A stretch of 64,000 bases of DNA from Squalus acanthias (lineage: Eukaryota), in the NCBI GenBank assembly GCA_030390025.1, contig CM059425.1, positions 168,828,001 through 168,892,000 on the forward strand, given 5' to 3'. Below are positions 38,010-51,767 of the stretch, one piece after another (position 1 is the first letter of the stretch; each line of letters opens with the position of its first letter). Below the pieces are notes generated by a model. That model was not told the DNA's origin. It searched no databases and saw only the letters and a program-made list of their open reading frames with translations. Both the position numbers and the translations under genes were made by a program.

Positions 38010-39160
38010 TAGAATCATAGAATCCTACAGTACAGAAGGGGACCTGTGCACACTCTTTGAAAGAACTGTCCAATTTAGTCCCACACCCCAGTTTTTTCCT
38101 CATAATGCTGAAAATTAGTCGTCTTCAAGTACATGTCCAATTGCCTTTTGAAAGTTTCTATAGAATCTCTTCCACCACTCTTACAGGTAGTGCGTTCCAG
38201 ATCTTAACAACCCTCCGTGTGGAAAAAACTCTCCTCATATCTAGTTCTTTTGTCAGTTATTTTAAATCTGTGACTTCTGGTTACCGACCGACTTGCCAGA
38301 AGAAATAGTTTCTCCCTACTTGCTATAACACAACCCCATATAATTTTGAATACCTCTATTAGGTCTCCCCTTAACCTTCTCTGCTCTTTGGAGATCAATC
38401 CCAGCTTCACCAATCTCTCCACATAACTGAACTCCCTCATCCGTAATATCATCCTGCTAATCTTCCTCTGTGCCTTGACATCCTTCCTAAAGTGTGGTGT
38501 CCAGAATTGTACACAGCTGAGGCCTAACCAGAGATTTGTAAAGGTTTAGCATGACTTCCTTATTTTGTATTCAATGCCCAAATTACAAAGCCAAGTATCC
38601 CATACGCTTTCTTAACTGCCTTATCAACTTGCCCTGCTGTCTTCAAATATTTGTGAATATTCACCCCCCCGGTCCCTCTGTTCTTGCACCCCCCTCATCA
38701 AAGAACTCGAGCAGGTTTGTCGGGCACAATTTGCCTTCAACAAATCCGTGCTGGCTGTCCCTTATTAACCCATACTTCTCCAAGTGAGAATTAATTTTGT
38801 CCATGACACTGGTTTCTAGTAGTTTTACCATCACTGATGTTAGACTGACTGGCCTGTAATTACCAGATTCATCCCACTCCCCCTTTTTTGAACAGGGGTG
38901 TAACATTTGCAATCCTCCAGTCCTCTGGCACCATTCCCATATCCAAGGAGGATTGAAAGATTGTGGTCAGCTTCTGCTATCTCCACCCTTGCTTCCCTCA
39001 ACAACCTAGGAGGCATCCCATCAAGGCCAGGTGACTATTAACTTTGTGATGCCAACCTATTTAACACCTCCTTTCTATCTATTTTTATCCTATACAATAT
39101 CTCTACTTCACCCCCCCCCTTTACTGTGACATTAACTTCATCCTCTTGTGAAAACAGATG
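38010..39160 (-). mobile_element. Old CR1 LINE fragment
   Basis: NYRPVSLTS, SQHGFVEGK, EQRRLRGDLIEVFKI; tagaatca tail. Confidence 0.85.
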
Positions 39161-41556
39161 CAGTAACTAATCTAGTGATATCTGGTTCATGATGCTCTTT
39201 AAAAAATGTATACATGTGGTATGACTGACAAAAAAAACTGTTTCCTACACTCAAACAATTGATTTGACAATTTAACTGGAGAAATTCTTCCAGTCTTGTT
39301 CAATTTCTTTGTTTCTTGTTAGCAACAGACAGAATCTGTTTTTCTGATTTTGTTCCAATCCTGACTCTTCAAGATTAATATGAATTAGAGAGGGCCATTT
39401 GAAAGCATATTGGCTGCAATGTATTGGAGAGATTCTTCATTAAAAGCAATAAGATTTTTTGAATTGGTTCACCTTGGTGTTCAGGGATGAGTTTTTACTA
39501 CTTATTTATCCAGTTCGAAAGTTTTTGTGAATTATGCATTCTGAACTCAAATAATGAACCAGAATTTGCTGGGAAAATAACACGTTAATTATTGTGTGAC
39601 TCGTCCAGCAATTTGTGGTGAGGAAGAGATACCCCGTGAGTTGCAAATCGCCACAAATTGCTGGACGATTTGCGCTGCTCTGTCGTTAGCCTCGTGAAAA
39701 TTGCAGCTTGCCGTCAACCCCCTCTGTGAGTTTCAAGAAATAGACTGTTGGTCCAGTCATTCACCAAGGTTCCAGATACCCCGTTGATCTCGCTGCGCCG
39801 TTATCAGCTTGCACTTCTAGCAATTTGCGGCACAAAATATTTTCGAGCTGAAGGATGAGGGACAAAATCTAACAAATTAGGGCCGCTCTAGCAAAATCTG
39901 GGCCTATAAATTTTCATTATCTTAGTGTGGTGAGACACTATAATGACCAAAAAAAAATAGAAAATGGTGGAGATGTACAGTAGTTCAGTCAACAACTTAA
40001 GAAACGTATAGGTTTACATTTCTGATTGAATTTTTAATCGGAACTCATTAAAGGTATGCCTGCTACACCCATAATGGCTGATTTGTGAATAATTGGATTG
40101 CTTTCAACTCTTGTACAAAGTTTGTCACAACAACGAGGTGTATACTGCATCTTACATATTCTAAATGGACTGATTATCATTGAACTAACCCTATTACTTG
40201 TTGTGGTTTCATTATTTGTCCTCCATCCCCCTCCCCCCTGCCCCCAGAGTAGGTTCTGTGCAGTAAAGTGCAGCTTGTCTAGATTTCCAAGCACAAGGAG
40301 TTCTGTTGCATGCATTGGGGTCAAGCTTAAGCTTGTTTATGCTAGTAATATCGGCACAATCTGGGCAGAATCGGCCGAACCAGTGCAAAAGATCAGGGAA
40401 TTTTAAACACAAATGAGTTATGCCCAAAAACACTTGTGTTTATGTTTTCTGCGATCTTTACGCTGGATTCATTTAGCCCTAATCAGGCCCCACCCAGAAA
40501 ACTGGCACACCCAAAGGCCAAAATTGCAAGATTCTGCTGATTACATTGGTTCGGGAATACACTTCAAATTACGCTCATTTTGTTAGGTGCACAGGCACGT
40601 TTCAAAGGTTTTTTTCATATCAAAAAATCTTAAATTTATTAAGGAAGAAAGAAGTTTACTAAATGGTTCAGTATATTTTTTTTAAGTCATTTTCAGTGAT
40701 TTTCAAATCAGATTACTCACAGGTAGAGGACTGGACACCCTTATTAAAAATGCTTTTTTTATGCTGGCACAAGTGTAAAGACAAAAAAAGAAATAACTAC
40801 GTTCTATTACGCTGCCCGATTGCACTGGTTCATGGAAGATTTTACGTTTGTGATTATGCAAATGAATTTTAGCGGAAACTTGAACAATAACCTAGCCCGT
40901 GCAATTTCAAGCACATATTGGGCGGAATTTCCCGATAGCCCCTAAAGTGGAAACTCTACCCCATTGTCTTTTCATAGTGTGTGTGTTTGCCTTGTGGAAG
41001 CAAGTCATCCTCGGTTCCGAGGGACTGCCTAAGAAAGAAGAAAGTTTGCCTTGTGTGAATAATTCTGACTGGGTATGATGCTCCTTTTAGATAACCATTA
41101 CATTTTTTTCTGCATTGCTTGTTACAGTCAAATGTTACTTTAGCTGTGTTTAATTTCAAACTTTTATGTTCAATTTCTTGGTTTAAGCCATACAATTTAA
41201 ACGGCTGGCATGACCGATGGCATATTTATGCTCTTGTTGACTGACTGCAAATTTGTTTACCGAATACTAATGTGAAATTTTGCTCCCTCCATTTTTCAGA
41301 AGGAAGAATGTAACCTTGTCGAGCATCTCCAGGAATAGTCCATGGTCTGGGACGTACTACAAGCTTTAAAAATGTGCATGGATTAAGTATGTAGACTTTC
41401 CAGTAATGAATTTAAGTGCATTTGGCTGCTAACCACATATCAAACAGTCAGGCTTGATCAACCTTGTTTGGTTGCACAGCTGTGCACAGAAGGTGCTGTT
41501 TCTCAGCTAGCAGTTTAGCTGCTAGCTATTGATAGAAAGGACAGCCCTGAACAATC

Positions 41557-41673
41557 ATGTCTGCTCATGGCCTGGAAACTGAGCCTCCTAGCTTCTTTCT
41601 TGGGTCTGAAGATGGGGAACTGCTGCATCAAATGAAGCCTGAAGATTTTGATCAGGATGACGAATATGATTCT
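41557..41673 (+). CDS. PPIP5K2: PPIP5K2 coding exon 1
   Basis: MSAHGLETEPPSFFLGSEDG...DQDDEYDS then gtgagt; joins in phase 0 to PPERQIVVG. Confidence 0.85.
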
Positions 41674-41991
41674 GTGAGTGTTGAGTACTGATTAATTTCT
41701 TAGTATGTGAGAAATGGATGTTATGCAATATCTTTGAAACCAAAATGTACTGTCATATTGTATGTGATAATTAAAGTTTAAATTTGGATTTAAAAGATGA
41801 CATAAATTGTAAACTGTTAATTTCAGCACTTAGTAAAGTTTTATATTTACAGTTCTAGGGCATGTTTCTATTCATTACCTTTAGGTGGCTGCCCTTTTTT
41901 TTTGAAAAAAATACACAGTTGTTACAAGGGATGTTATATGGAGAGTTATTTTGATTAATTATGTGTACTGTGACCTTGCTTTGTCCTATAG

Positions 41992-42187
41992 CCACCGGAA
42001 AGGCAGATTGTGGTTGGAATTTGTGCCATGGCCAAGAAATCTAAGTCCAAGCCAATGAGTGAGATTCTGGGACGACTTTGCAGGTTCAAGTACATCACTA
42101 CTGTGATATTTGAAGAAGACACTATACTAAATGAACCAGTGGAGCAGTGGCCACTTTGTGATTGCCTCATTTCTTTCCATTCAAAAG
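41992..42187 (+). CDS. PPIP5K2: PPIP5K2 coding exon 2
   Basis: tag|[22 protein letters not shown]...[13 protein letters not shown]|gt. Confidence 0.97.
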
Positions 42188-44839
42188 GTAGCAGTTTTGA
42201 GATGCGTATGATGTCTGATCATACTTTGAGTGCTGAGATCCATTAGCTTTATTCAATGTCTTTTCTCTGCACAACTTAGATTTATTGGCCCAGATTTTGC
42301 GGTAAAAGTAATGGTGAAGCTGTTGGCACTCACTGTTATTGTCCATTCCATTGTAAGTAAGTTTTTAATGGCGTGATGAGTCTTAATTGCTACCAAACAT
42401 CGTATCTTGCACTGAAAATTAACTTTTACAAGTGTGGAGTCTTATTCCTTCAGTTTTTAATTATTGTTGGAGAGTTTAAAAAATAAAAAAAAATAAGTAA
42501 TTTTCTTTGTCTTTTATCTCTCTTAATCCCGCCTTTCTTTCCCTCTCTTTATTTTGCTTTCTGCACATGATTTGGCATTGAATTCAATATTCTAACTTGC
42601 ACTTACTGGTTCAGACTCAGATTGGTTAAGGAGTTTCTTGCCCTCCTCATACAGGTCTCAGATCCCCTGTAGAGGGTGCTGCGCTGAAATGGATTTCTAA
42701 TCACAGCAAGTTGCAGTGCAGAAGCCCATAGAAAGTCTGTGGGCAAGTGTAAGTGTAATGAACGGCTGCTGCCATTCGCCGCTGCGAGCAAAATCTGAGC
42801 CATTGTGTACCATCTACAAGATTTTTGATACCTTTTGAATGCTTGAATATTATAAAATTGGATTTTTAAAATTAATTGCAGCTTTAGGGGAAAATTATAG
42901 TCCTTCAAGGATTCATCTTTTTAATTGTTTTGTTCCACTTTCTCAAATTAGTTTATCACATTAAAAAGGTTACCCTAATAACAGTATTTTTTGGAATGCA
43001 TAATTGAATATTGCTCAAGTCTCTCCCCTCTTCTTTCCTTAAGATGTAAGGTGGTTCCTTACTAGGATACAGTATCACTGGTCCTGGTCACTCGCCAGTA
43101 GCTCGCCTATTATTCCTGTATGAACCATGACAGTGAGTGACGGCAGGCTGTTCAATCATGGAGGGAATCACAGCTTAATCTGAACCTGTCCTCACCCAAG
43201 ATCCACACACGAGCATTGCAACAGGTGTTACTGAGTAGTGACCAGGAACACTGGCCAACTTTCTCCTGCCTAACCCGAAGGCACTGAAGCCAATTGTAGA
43301 ATTTTCCTCCTCCATTATGACCCTATTTGAGATCAGTGAACTCGGCACAGACTGGTGATCATACCCGAGACCTTCCTAGCCTGCATGCCTCAATTACTCA
43401 TTCTAAAAATACTGTCATTAGGGTAAGCTTTTTAATTTGATAAACAAATTCACTAATTCCAAAAACAAATGTTAACATAGAAAAATAGGAGCAGGAGTAG
43501 GCCATTCGGCCCTTCGAGCCTGCTTTGCCATTCAATATGATCATGGCTGATCCTCTATCTTAATACCATATTCCCGCTCTCTCCCCATACCCCATAAACA
43601 AATGTTCATTTTCAAGTGCTAATTTTTAAAAAGAAACACAATTCTGCTAAAGCTATTTTTGTGGTATCATTTTAATTTTGTGGGTTTGTAAAAAGAAAAC
43701 TATGAATATCCTGGTGAAAATTATAAAAGTCATTTAAATAATGAATAATTCCATAAGTTGGTTTTATTAAAATTCTGTTTCTCCCATGCCATAGACCAAT
43801 ATTCTCCTCATCGCTCCTAAAGGCGCTGATTCTTGCTGGTATTTACAGTCCTCCAGTACCTTGGTCAAGCAGCTATTCTTCATAATGGTTAGAATTGGCA
43901 GCCTATTAGACTGTGAAAGCATTACAGTCAAGCTCCATCTTTCTTCATCTGACTGACCCACATGCACTTTTCTAGCAGCAGTCATTAGATAACAATCAGA
44001 CATGGATTGTTAGCTAATTTATTTTTCTCCTTCCTAGTACAGGGGTACTGGGGCCAATTATAGCACCCCAGTCATTATCCACACCAGTTGATGAGGCAGT
44101 AGTTTAAGTCTGGTTTAATTTTACTTTTTATTATGAATGGGAAAGTAGATGTACCTCAGTTTACAGACAAAATTTGACATTTAGGATAGTTTTGATGCAT
44201 TATTCCAAAGATCACTGATTTAAAGCAACAATTACTGTCTTTACTGTATCATACTGAATGTAGGTCCATTACTGTAGCAGGAAAAATCCAAGTTTGTACC
44301 AAGGACGTAAGATTTCTATCACCGCTGTTCATTTAGCAGATTAAATCTCTGCGTGCTGTGACTAGCTTTTGTTATATAGAGAATTACATTTTATTTTTCA
44401 ATTTATGCCTGTATAACTACATCAGATAGGTTTGACTGGACAAAGGATACAAGAACATTAGTCACAAACCCTTCTGTTTATAATATTGTTTAGAAATTAA
44501 ATGTAGGAAATGTAACCTCTTTTAGGGGAATGTGGGGAGTCCCTTGATGGATTTGTGAGAGAATTTTATGGATTAAAATTAATGGATGGAAAATTGTGCA
44601 AGTGATAAAGAGAGAGAGCCTGTATTTCCAGTATGTGTTCCCAGTAGGTGAAGCTCTGCATCAGGAGCATTAATTTGTAAATTTGCACCTTCGATCTCAA
44701 GTGAACTTCTGTGCATCACAAATTTTGGAATGTATCATTCAGTCATGTAATTTTGATTTTTTTTTTTTGTCCCTTAAAGCATGGAATTTGTTTTCAATGC
44801 GAGTTAGAAATCTTAAATTTCACTTTTTTGCTTTTTAAG

Positions 44840-44930
44840 GATTTCTATTGGACAAAGCAGTGGCTTATGCAAAGCTCAGGACTCCATTTGTTATTAATGA
44901 CTTGAACATGCAATATGATATTCAAGACAG
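44840..44930 (+). CDS. PPIP5K2: PPIP5K2 coding exon 3
   Basis: aag|[31 protein letters not shown]|gtaagc; phases consistent with neighbours. Confidence 0.96.
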
Positions 44931-45139
44931 GTAAGCTCCCTTGGCAGTAAATATCTTGCTAAGGATAAAAGCTATTGACCCCTAATCTATGATGACATCA
45001 GCTGGGAAGTATTTGGGGTGCAACAATTGGCCTCGTTCCTCGGGCTTAAGAGGGGAAAAATCAGCAATGGTTAATGCCCCGATTGCTACGAAATGAGCTT
45101 TGCTGAAAGGAGTGTGTGTGTAGACATCAAGTGAGGATA

Positions 45140-45560
45140 AAGGAAACAATTGCATTTATAATGCATGTTTTGTTGCTAAAAGCACTTCCCAGCCAATGAA
45201 TAACTTTAGAAGTGTAGTCACTATTTTGTAGGTAAAAATGACAGCCAATTTATACACAGCAAGGTCCTACAAGTGAGATGTGGTCAGATAATCTGTTTTA
45301 GTAATGTTAGTTGAGGGATGAATGTTGCACAGGACACCAGAAAAACTCCCTGCTCCTCTTCAAAATAGTGATGTGGGATCTTTTACATCTGTCTGAACGG
45401 GTAAACAAGGCCTTGGTTTAACACCTCATTCGAAAGACAGCACTTCTGACAAAGCAGTATTCCCCCAGTACTACACTGAAGTATTAGCCTAGATTATGTG
45501 CTCGAGTCCTCGAGTGAGACTTGAACCTACAACTTTTGGACTCGAGGTGAGAGTGCTGTA
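45140..45560 (-). mobile_element. Deu-domain SINE
   Basis: Reverse complement resembles 55365-55760. Confidence 0.7.
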
Positions 45561-45849
45561 ATTCCCTCCTATAGTTTGTTGACACACACTGTCTAGTCTC
45601 ATACTAAAGAATGGTCACTTGGGTGAGGTACTGTACTGCTGCTGGTGCCCAAGCTAGAGTTAGTGTCTTCTGAAGAGGCAATGAGTAAAATTGGAAGAAA
45701 AAAATGTCAAACCTTATTTGAAATTAATAGTTTTGAGAATGCACTGAGGGGCAGTGGATATGTGAGCGGAATTGAGCATTTTCAAATTTCACCATTCAGA
45801 ATGCCTGCAAGACACAAGCTGCTGCATCAACTATGTATAGGCAGCTAAT

Positions 45850-47190
45850 GGACGAACGGGGAATGCAGCACTTTTTTAGAATGAGGAACTGTTGTGTAGG
45901 TCACAGCGGACCAAATACAGTGACCACAGCACTCCAGCTTTGTGCAGGGGGTCAACACTGCAAGAGTGGCCCTTACCCACAGGGTCCAGGAGGCCCTCCA
46001 GAAAGAATGATGTGGGAGTACATCACTAAGGCTGTCACTGCCAGCAGTGTTACTCCCACCACCTGGCTCCAATGCCCAAAGAAGCGTCATGACCTCAGAC
46101 CGCTGGTCAAGGTCAGTGAATGCATTTTCAAAAGCCGTCTCCTACCAACTGCACCACTAACCTCACACATTGCTCAGTACACAATCCCCAATCACTCCCC
46201 TACCAACAATCTGCACCAATCACGAGGCACATCTCCCATTCCTAGCCTCACCTCACCCCCTTGGAGGAGATGGTGCAGGCCATTCTTGACAGGGGCATGG
46301 TTGAATCCTTGGCCAGCGGCGGGGCTGAAAGGATGTTATCCTCCTTCTGGCATGCACATCTTGCTTTCCCGCCCTCCCGTCAGCACAACTCCACCCTTGT
46401 GCCTTCCTCATTTCACCCATCCAAGAAATGCAGCCTGCCCAGCTAGTGGGTCAACAAGAAGAGGCAGCCTGCCCAGCCAGTGGAACCGCAGGCAGATGAT
46501 TCCATCCCGGATATCCCGGCCACAAAGGGGCTGCCTGGGATGCATTCTTCCGTCTGATTCCTCCTCTTCGGCTTCCTCCTCTGCGCCTTCCTCTTCCCTC
46601 TGCAAGTGGATGCTGTAAATGTGAAATGACAGCATTAAATGCTGGAAATACTCAGTTGGTCAGGCAGCATGTCGACCTGAGACGTGAACTCTGGTTTTTC
46701 TCTCCACGGATGTTCTGTGACCAGGCTGAGTATTCACAGCATGTTCTGTCTTCTCAAAGGCCTTCATTTACCATCCGAGCCCTTGCAAGCATCCAGCAGC
46801 ATTCCCTACACACTTAAAAAAAACTTTTCACATCTATTGTAGCAAGCCATCACTTCAATAAAATAAAAAAAAACAGTCCAAACCCTTAAATTCAAAATTA
46901 CCTGAATGATGTGTGTGACTCTTTAAGATCTGCAGATATTGCCACTGTCAGCCTGCGTGCTTGGGACCCAACGCTGGTCGAAGTTCGCGTTGGTGACGTT
47001 AAGACGGTGTTGCATGCCGATTGACGTCACCACGCTGCCTTTTTTTTTACAGGGCGCTGCCAGTTACCGGCAGCGCAAAGGGGGAGACGAAAATGGCGGC
47101 CGCCACCAGCTGGTGAAAGAGTGACGGCCGCCATTTTATTGCCATTTCATGGCGCTACGGAGTGGCAGTGAGTACATGAATTTCTAGCCC
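45850..47190. mobile_element. PIF/Harbinger remnant (Myb/SANT-like fragment on +, transposase C-terminus on -)
   Basis: WEYITKAVTASSVTPTTWLQCPKKRHDL on +; acidic EEEGAEEE..GRDIRDGIICLRF on -; terminal gaatttctagccc. Confidence 0.6.
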
Positions 47191-48009
47191 ATAGTCTTTC
47201 ATGATTTGAAACAAGACGGATCTCCAATCTGTCACAAAGACTATTAAGTCAAGCTTTATGGGGACTCAGTAATGGAACCATGTACTGAGAATGAAGTTTT
47301 ATACTGAAATTTTGGATACATTTCACAACACTGTTTATTGTCCTTGTTGCTGTTATGTTCCATATAATGTTCTATTCTATATATTGCTTGTCTTAGGATA
47401 GGTCAATCTGCTTTGAGGCTGTGTACAGGTGGTATGCACAATTATTCTTGCATGCATGTTAATATATCTGAAGAGACATTTCCTCATTTTATCTTGATAC
47501 TCCTGGATGTCTGCTGCATTGTGCGAATTGCATGTTAGACAATATGTAAAGAATTATTATGAATGGCTGACAGCTATTATTCCCTCATCATCCAATAAAC
47601 TTGATTATTTTCATTCTGTGATCAGTGTGTTGGATGACTTGTGTGAAATCATCAGAAATGCTGACAAAATTCAAAATTAATTTTAAAACTGCACAATAAA
47701 TACTCAATCTAAGGACAATAACAAACTCCAAGGTCTGCATTTTGTCTGTAGGTTTTAGCACTTTATACTTCATATAATGCCCAAGTGGGACGTGATATAA
47801 AAGGCTATGGTTAATATGCATCTTTGTACTAATTACTGCCATCACATGTGGGAATTGAATGGACTTAGCTGAGGATTCTTCATACAGCTCTAGGAGCTAT
47901 GGAGAAAAAGTACTATATCATGAAAATTGGCAGTCATTGTCTAATAACTGTACATAAAATTGTTTAAAAAAAACTTGCTGGACTTAACTGACTTAATTTT
48001 TATGTGCAG

Positions 48010-48095
48010 GAGGAAAGTTTATTGGATTTTGAAAGAGGAAGGGATTGAGTTGCCACGCTATGCAATACTAAATCGTGATCCAAATAAACCTGAAG
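48010..48095 (+). CDS. PPIP5K2: PPIP5K2 coding exon 4
   Basis: cag|[28 protein letters not shown]|gtaacc. Confidence 0.96.
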
Positions 48096-48194
48096 GTAAC
48101 CTATTTCTAGATTAACCATTTTTGTTGACTGTTATCATTATAAATAACATTCAATTTGAGTGTACCATTGTAGCCTGATGACAAGATAATTACA

Positions 48195-48402
48195 AAAATG
48201 AGAAGTCGCACAACACCAGGTTATAGTCCAACAGATTTATTTAAAGTTACAAGCTTTCGGAGCTGTTGCCCCTTCGTCAGGTAACCTGACGAAGGGGCAA
48301 CAGCTCCGAAAGCTTGTAACTTTAAATAAATCTGTTGGACTATAACCTGGTGTTGTGCGATTTCTCATTTTTGTCCCCCCCAGTCCAACACCGGCATCTC
48401 CG
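48195..48402. mobile_element. Penelope-derived inverted pLTR palindrome with hammerhead ribozyme cores
   Basis: 91-bp arms 48192-48282 / 48284-48374 (1 mismatch); ctgacgaaggggcaacagctccgaaa at 48286-48311; 13-bp TSD caagataattaca (48182-48194 / 48403-48415). Confidence 0.85.
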
Positions 48403-48461
48403 CAAGATAATTACAGATGAGGAACACCATTTGCTTATTTTAATTCACCCATCCAGAGAGG

Positions 48462-49860
48462 TCCTTTTTTTTCATTCTCAGTGAATGGGCGTCGCTGGCT
48501 TGTTGCCCATCCCTAGTTGTCCTTAAGAAGGTGGTGAGCCACCTTCTTGAACTGCTGCAGTCCATTTGACGAAGGTACTCCCGCAATTCTGTTAATTGGG
48601 GAATTACAGGATTTTGACCCAGTGACGATGAAGGAACGGCAATGTGTGTCCAAATAGGGATGATGGGGAGCTTGGAGGTGATGGTGTTCTCATGCACTTG
48701 CTGTCCTTGGTCCTTCTAGGTGATGGATGTCACAGGTTTCCCAAAGAAGCATTGGCAGCTTGCTGCAGCGCATCTTGTAGATGGTACACACTGCAGCCAC
48801 GGTACACCGGTGGTAGAGGAAGTGGTTTGGGATGGGGTGCCGATCAAGCGATTGCTTTGTCCTGGATGGTGTCGAGCTTCTTGAGTGTTGCTGCAGCTGC
48901 ACCTATCTATGAATGTTAAGAGGTGATGGTTAGGGACTCTCTTGTTGGGGATGGTCATTGCTTGGTACCTCTGTGTCACAAATGTTATTTACCACTTACC
49001 AGCCCAAGCCCGGATGCTGGCCAGGTCTTTTTGTGCATGTGGGCATGGACTGCTTCATTATCTGAGGAATTGTGAATGGAGCTGAACACTGTGCAATCAT
49101 CAGTGACCAGCCCCACTTCTGACCTTATGATGGAGGGAAGGTCATTGATGAAGCAGCTGAAGATAGTTGTGCTTAGGACACTGCCCTGAGGAACTCCTGC
49201 AGCGATAGCCTGGGGCTGAGATGATTTGCCTCCAACAACACAACCATATTCCTTTATGCCAGGGAAAGTTTTCCCCTTCATCCCCATTGACTGAAGTTTT
49301 ACTAGAGCTCTTTGGTGCCACACTCAGTCGAATGCTGCCTTGATGTCAAGGGCAGTTATTCTCACCTCCCCTCTGGAACCCAATCTGAGCATCAGTGAAT
49401 ATGTTATTGGTGAGTAATTGCCTCTTAATAGCACTGTTGATGACTCCTTCCATCACTTTGCAGATGGTTGGGAGTAGGCTGATAGGGTGGTAATTGGCTG
49501 GGTTGGATTTGGCCAGCTTTTTGTGGACAAGGCATATATGGGCAATTTTTGACATTGTCAGGTGGATGCCACTGTTGTAGCTGTACTGGAACAGCTTGAC
49601 TAGAGGTACAGCTAGTTCTGGAGCACAGGTCTTCAGCACTACAGCCAGAATGTTGTCGGGACCAATGCTTCCCCTTAATCTTTTTGGGGTGCACAGCCCC
49701 TTTAAAGGGCTGCATGGGCCATTCACAGTTTCGCGCATGCGCAAAACTTAACATTGAAAAAGCTGGTCCCGGGCTGTGCAGGACTGACAGAGAGCTGCAC
49801 AACCACGCAGCTTATAGGGGATGTTGGTCAGGACCCGTAGCCGTTGTAGTGTCCAGTGTA
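48462..49860 (-). mobile_element. Degenerate copy of the tRNA-headed LINE family (RT and 3' end)
   Basis: [43 protein letters not shown]. Confidence 0.85.
49663..49826. mobile_element. hAT-type MITE nested in the LINE
   Basis: Imperfect TIRs caatgcttcccctta / tataggggatgttg; 8-bp TSD gtcgggac / gtcaggac. Confidence 0.65.
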
Positions 49861-50344
49861 CTCTGTTGTTTCTTGATATTACGTGGAGGGAATCGAATCA
49901 ATACTAATATCCCCATCATAATTATCAGTAATTGTTTTATTCTATTCCACACATTCTTCACTTTGTCTGAAGAGCAGTTTCCTGATATCAGTCCTAAAAT
50001 TAACTTTTATTAGTTTAAACCTGTAATCCCTTGTTCTATTCCTGCAGTTTAATTTAAAGTAATATTTAGTGTTAACTTTTTCTATACCCTTAACCATCTT
50101 TAATACTTATATAAGATCATCTTCCAAATACTTCTGTTCTACTCTGAAAAGCACAAGTTTCTCCAGTCTTTTCTCAGCTTGGAAGCATTTCATTTTGTGT
50201 ACATTTTCTAGGTCTTTTATGAATATCAGATCAAGATGAGCATTGCCTCTTGTGGCTTCCTTGACACAATGGGTCAAGAAGCTGTCATGCATTACATTTA
50301 CCAACTCTGATTCTAAACCACTTGGGTTTTCTCAGTTTATGTTA

Positions 50345-50870
50345 ACATAAGAACATAAGAAATAGGAGCAGGAATAGGCCATTTGGCCCTTCGAGCCTGC
50401 TCCGCCATTCAATAAGATCATGGCTGATCATCTACCTCAACTCCACTTTCCTGCACTATCCCCATATCCCTCGATTCCCTTAATATCCAAAAATCTATTG
50501 ATCTCTGTCTTGAATATACTCAATGACTGAGCCTCCACAGCCCTCTGGGGTGGGGAGAATTCCAAAGATTCACCACTCTCTGAGTGAAGAAATTTCTCCT
50601 CATCTCAGTCCTAAATGGCCAACCCCTTATTCTGAGATGGTGACCCCTGGTTCTAGACTCCCCAGCCAGGGGAAACATCCTCCCTGCATCTACCCTGTCG
50701 AGCCCTGTAAGAATTTTGTATGTTTCAATGAGATCACCTCTCATTCTTCTAAACTCTAGAGAATATAGGCCTAGTCTACTCAATCTCTCCTCATAGGACA
50801 ATCCCCCCATCCCAGGAACCAGGTTGGTGAACCTTCGTTACACTCCCTCTATGGCAAGTATATCCTTAGG
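50345..50870 (-). mobile_element. CR1 LINE 3' end
   Basis: LSYEERLSRLGLYSLEFRRMRGDLIETYKI; cataagaa tail. Confidence 0.9.
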
Positions 50871-51137
50871 TTCACTTGATTTGAAATATCCCATTAAAAT
50901 AACTCTCCTGTTCTTGCATACTTTTCCTATCATTTTTAGAGCATATAGTCTTCTTTATGCTAATCTAATGGTTGAATGGAATACTAGTGTTTGAACTACA
51001 GTCTTTGAATAATTTATACGGTAGCTGGGATGCTATAGAAGTTCTTGTATATTCTTCTGTTTTTACTGGTTAAACTCTAAAGAAAATATACACATAATCA
51101 CATACAGATATCTAATATAAAGCATTTCTCTTCTTAG

Positions 51138-51292
51138 AATGTAATTTGATAGAGGGTGAAGATCATGTAGAGGTCAATGGAGATGTCTTTCCAAAACCAT
51201 TTGTGGAGAAGCCAGTGAGTGCAGAGGACCACAATGTTTACATTTATTATCCAACATCTGCTGGCGGAGGAAGCCAAAGACTCTTTCGAAAG
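51138..51292 (+). CDS. PPIP5K2: PPIP5K2 coding exon 5
   Basis: tag|[15 protein letters not shown]...[28 protein letters not shown]|gtatgt. Confidence 0.97.
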
Positions 51293-51767
51293 GTATGTTT
51301 TGCACGATCTCATAACATTTACAGCCTAGGTAATTCAGAAAACTTAAGATCTGAATTTATTTTCTAAATAACAACTTGCATTTATATATTACCTTTTTAA
51401 AAGAAAAGAAATGGAGGCCGAGCTTTGTAGCAGGGTTAGGAGAGATGACCAACAGCTTAATAGATTGGATATATTTTGAGAAGGGTTTTAAAGAAGGGGA
51501 GGGAGGGAGAGAGGCAAGATTTGGAGAGTGTGTTGAGAAAGTAGGACTGAGGCAGCTAAATGTTCTGCTGCTGAAGGTGGAGAAAGAGGAGTAGTGACCA
51601 CTTCAGATATCTGGTCAATGTAAAGTATCAACTGATTTACTTTTTCATTGCATTTAATTTATATCAAAAAATAGTCTTACCAGATAGTTTGATCTGAATT
51701 ACTGATGCTGTTCAGTTTAAAGGATTTATATATATATTTTTAAAAATCTTACCTCTGTGGACACTTT

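Noticed and set aside
45833..46618. 261-aa ORF as a host gene
   Set aside because: Chance open frame over Harbinger debris within an intron.
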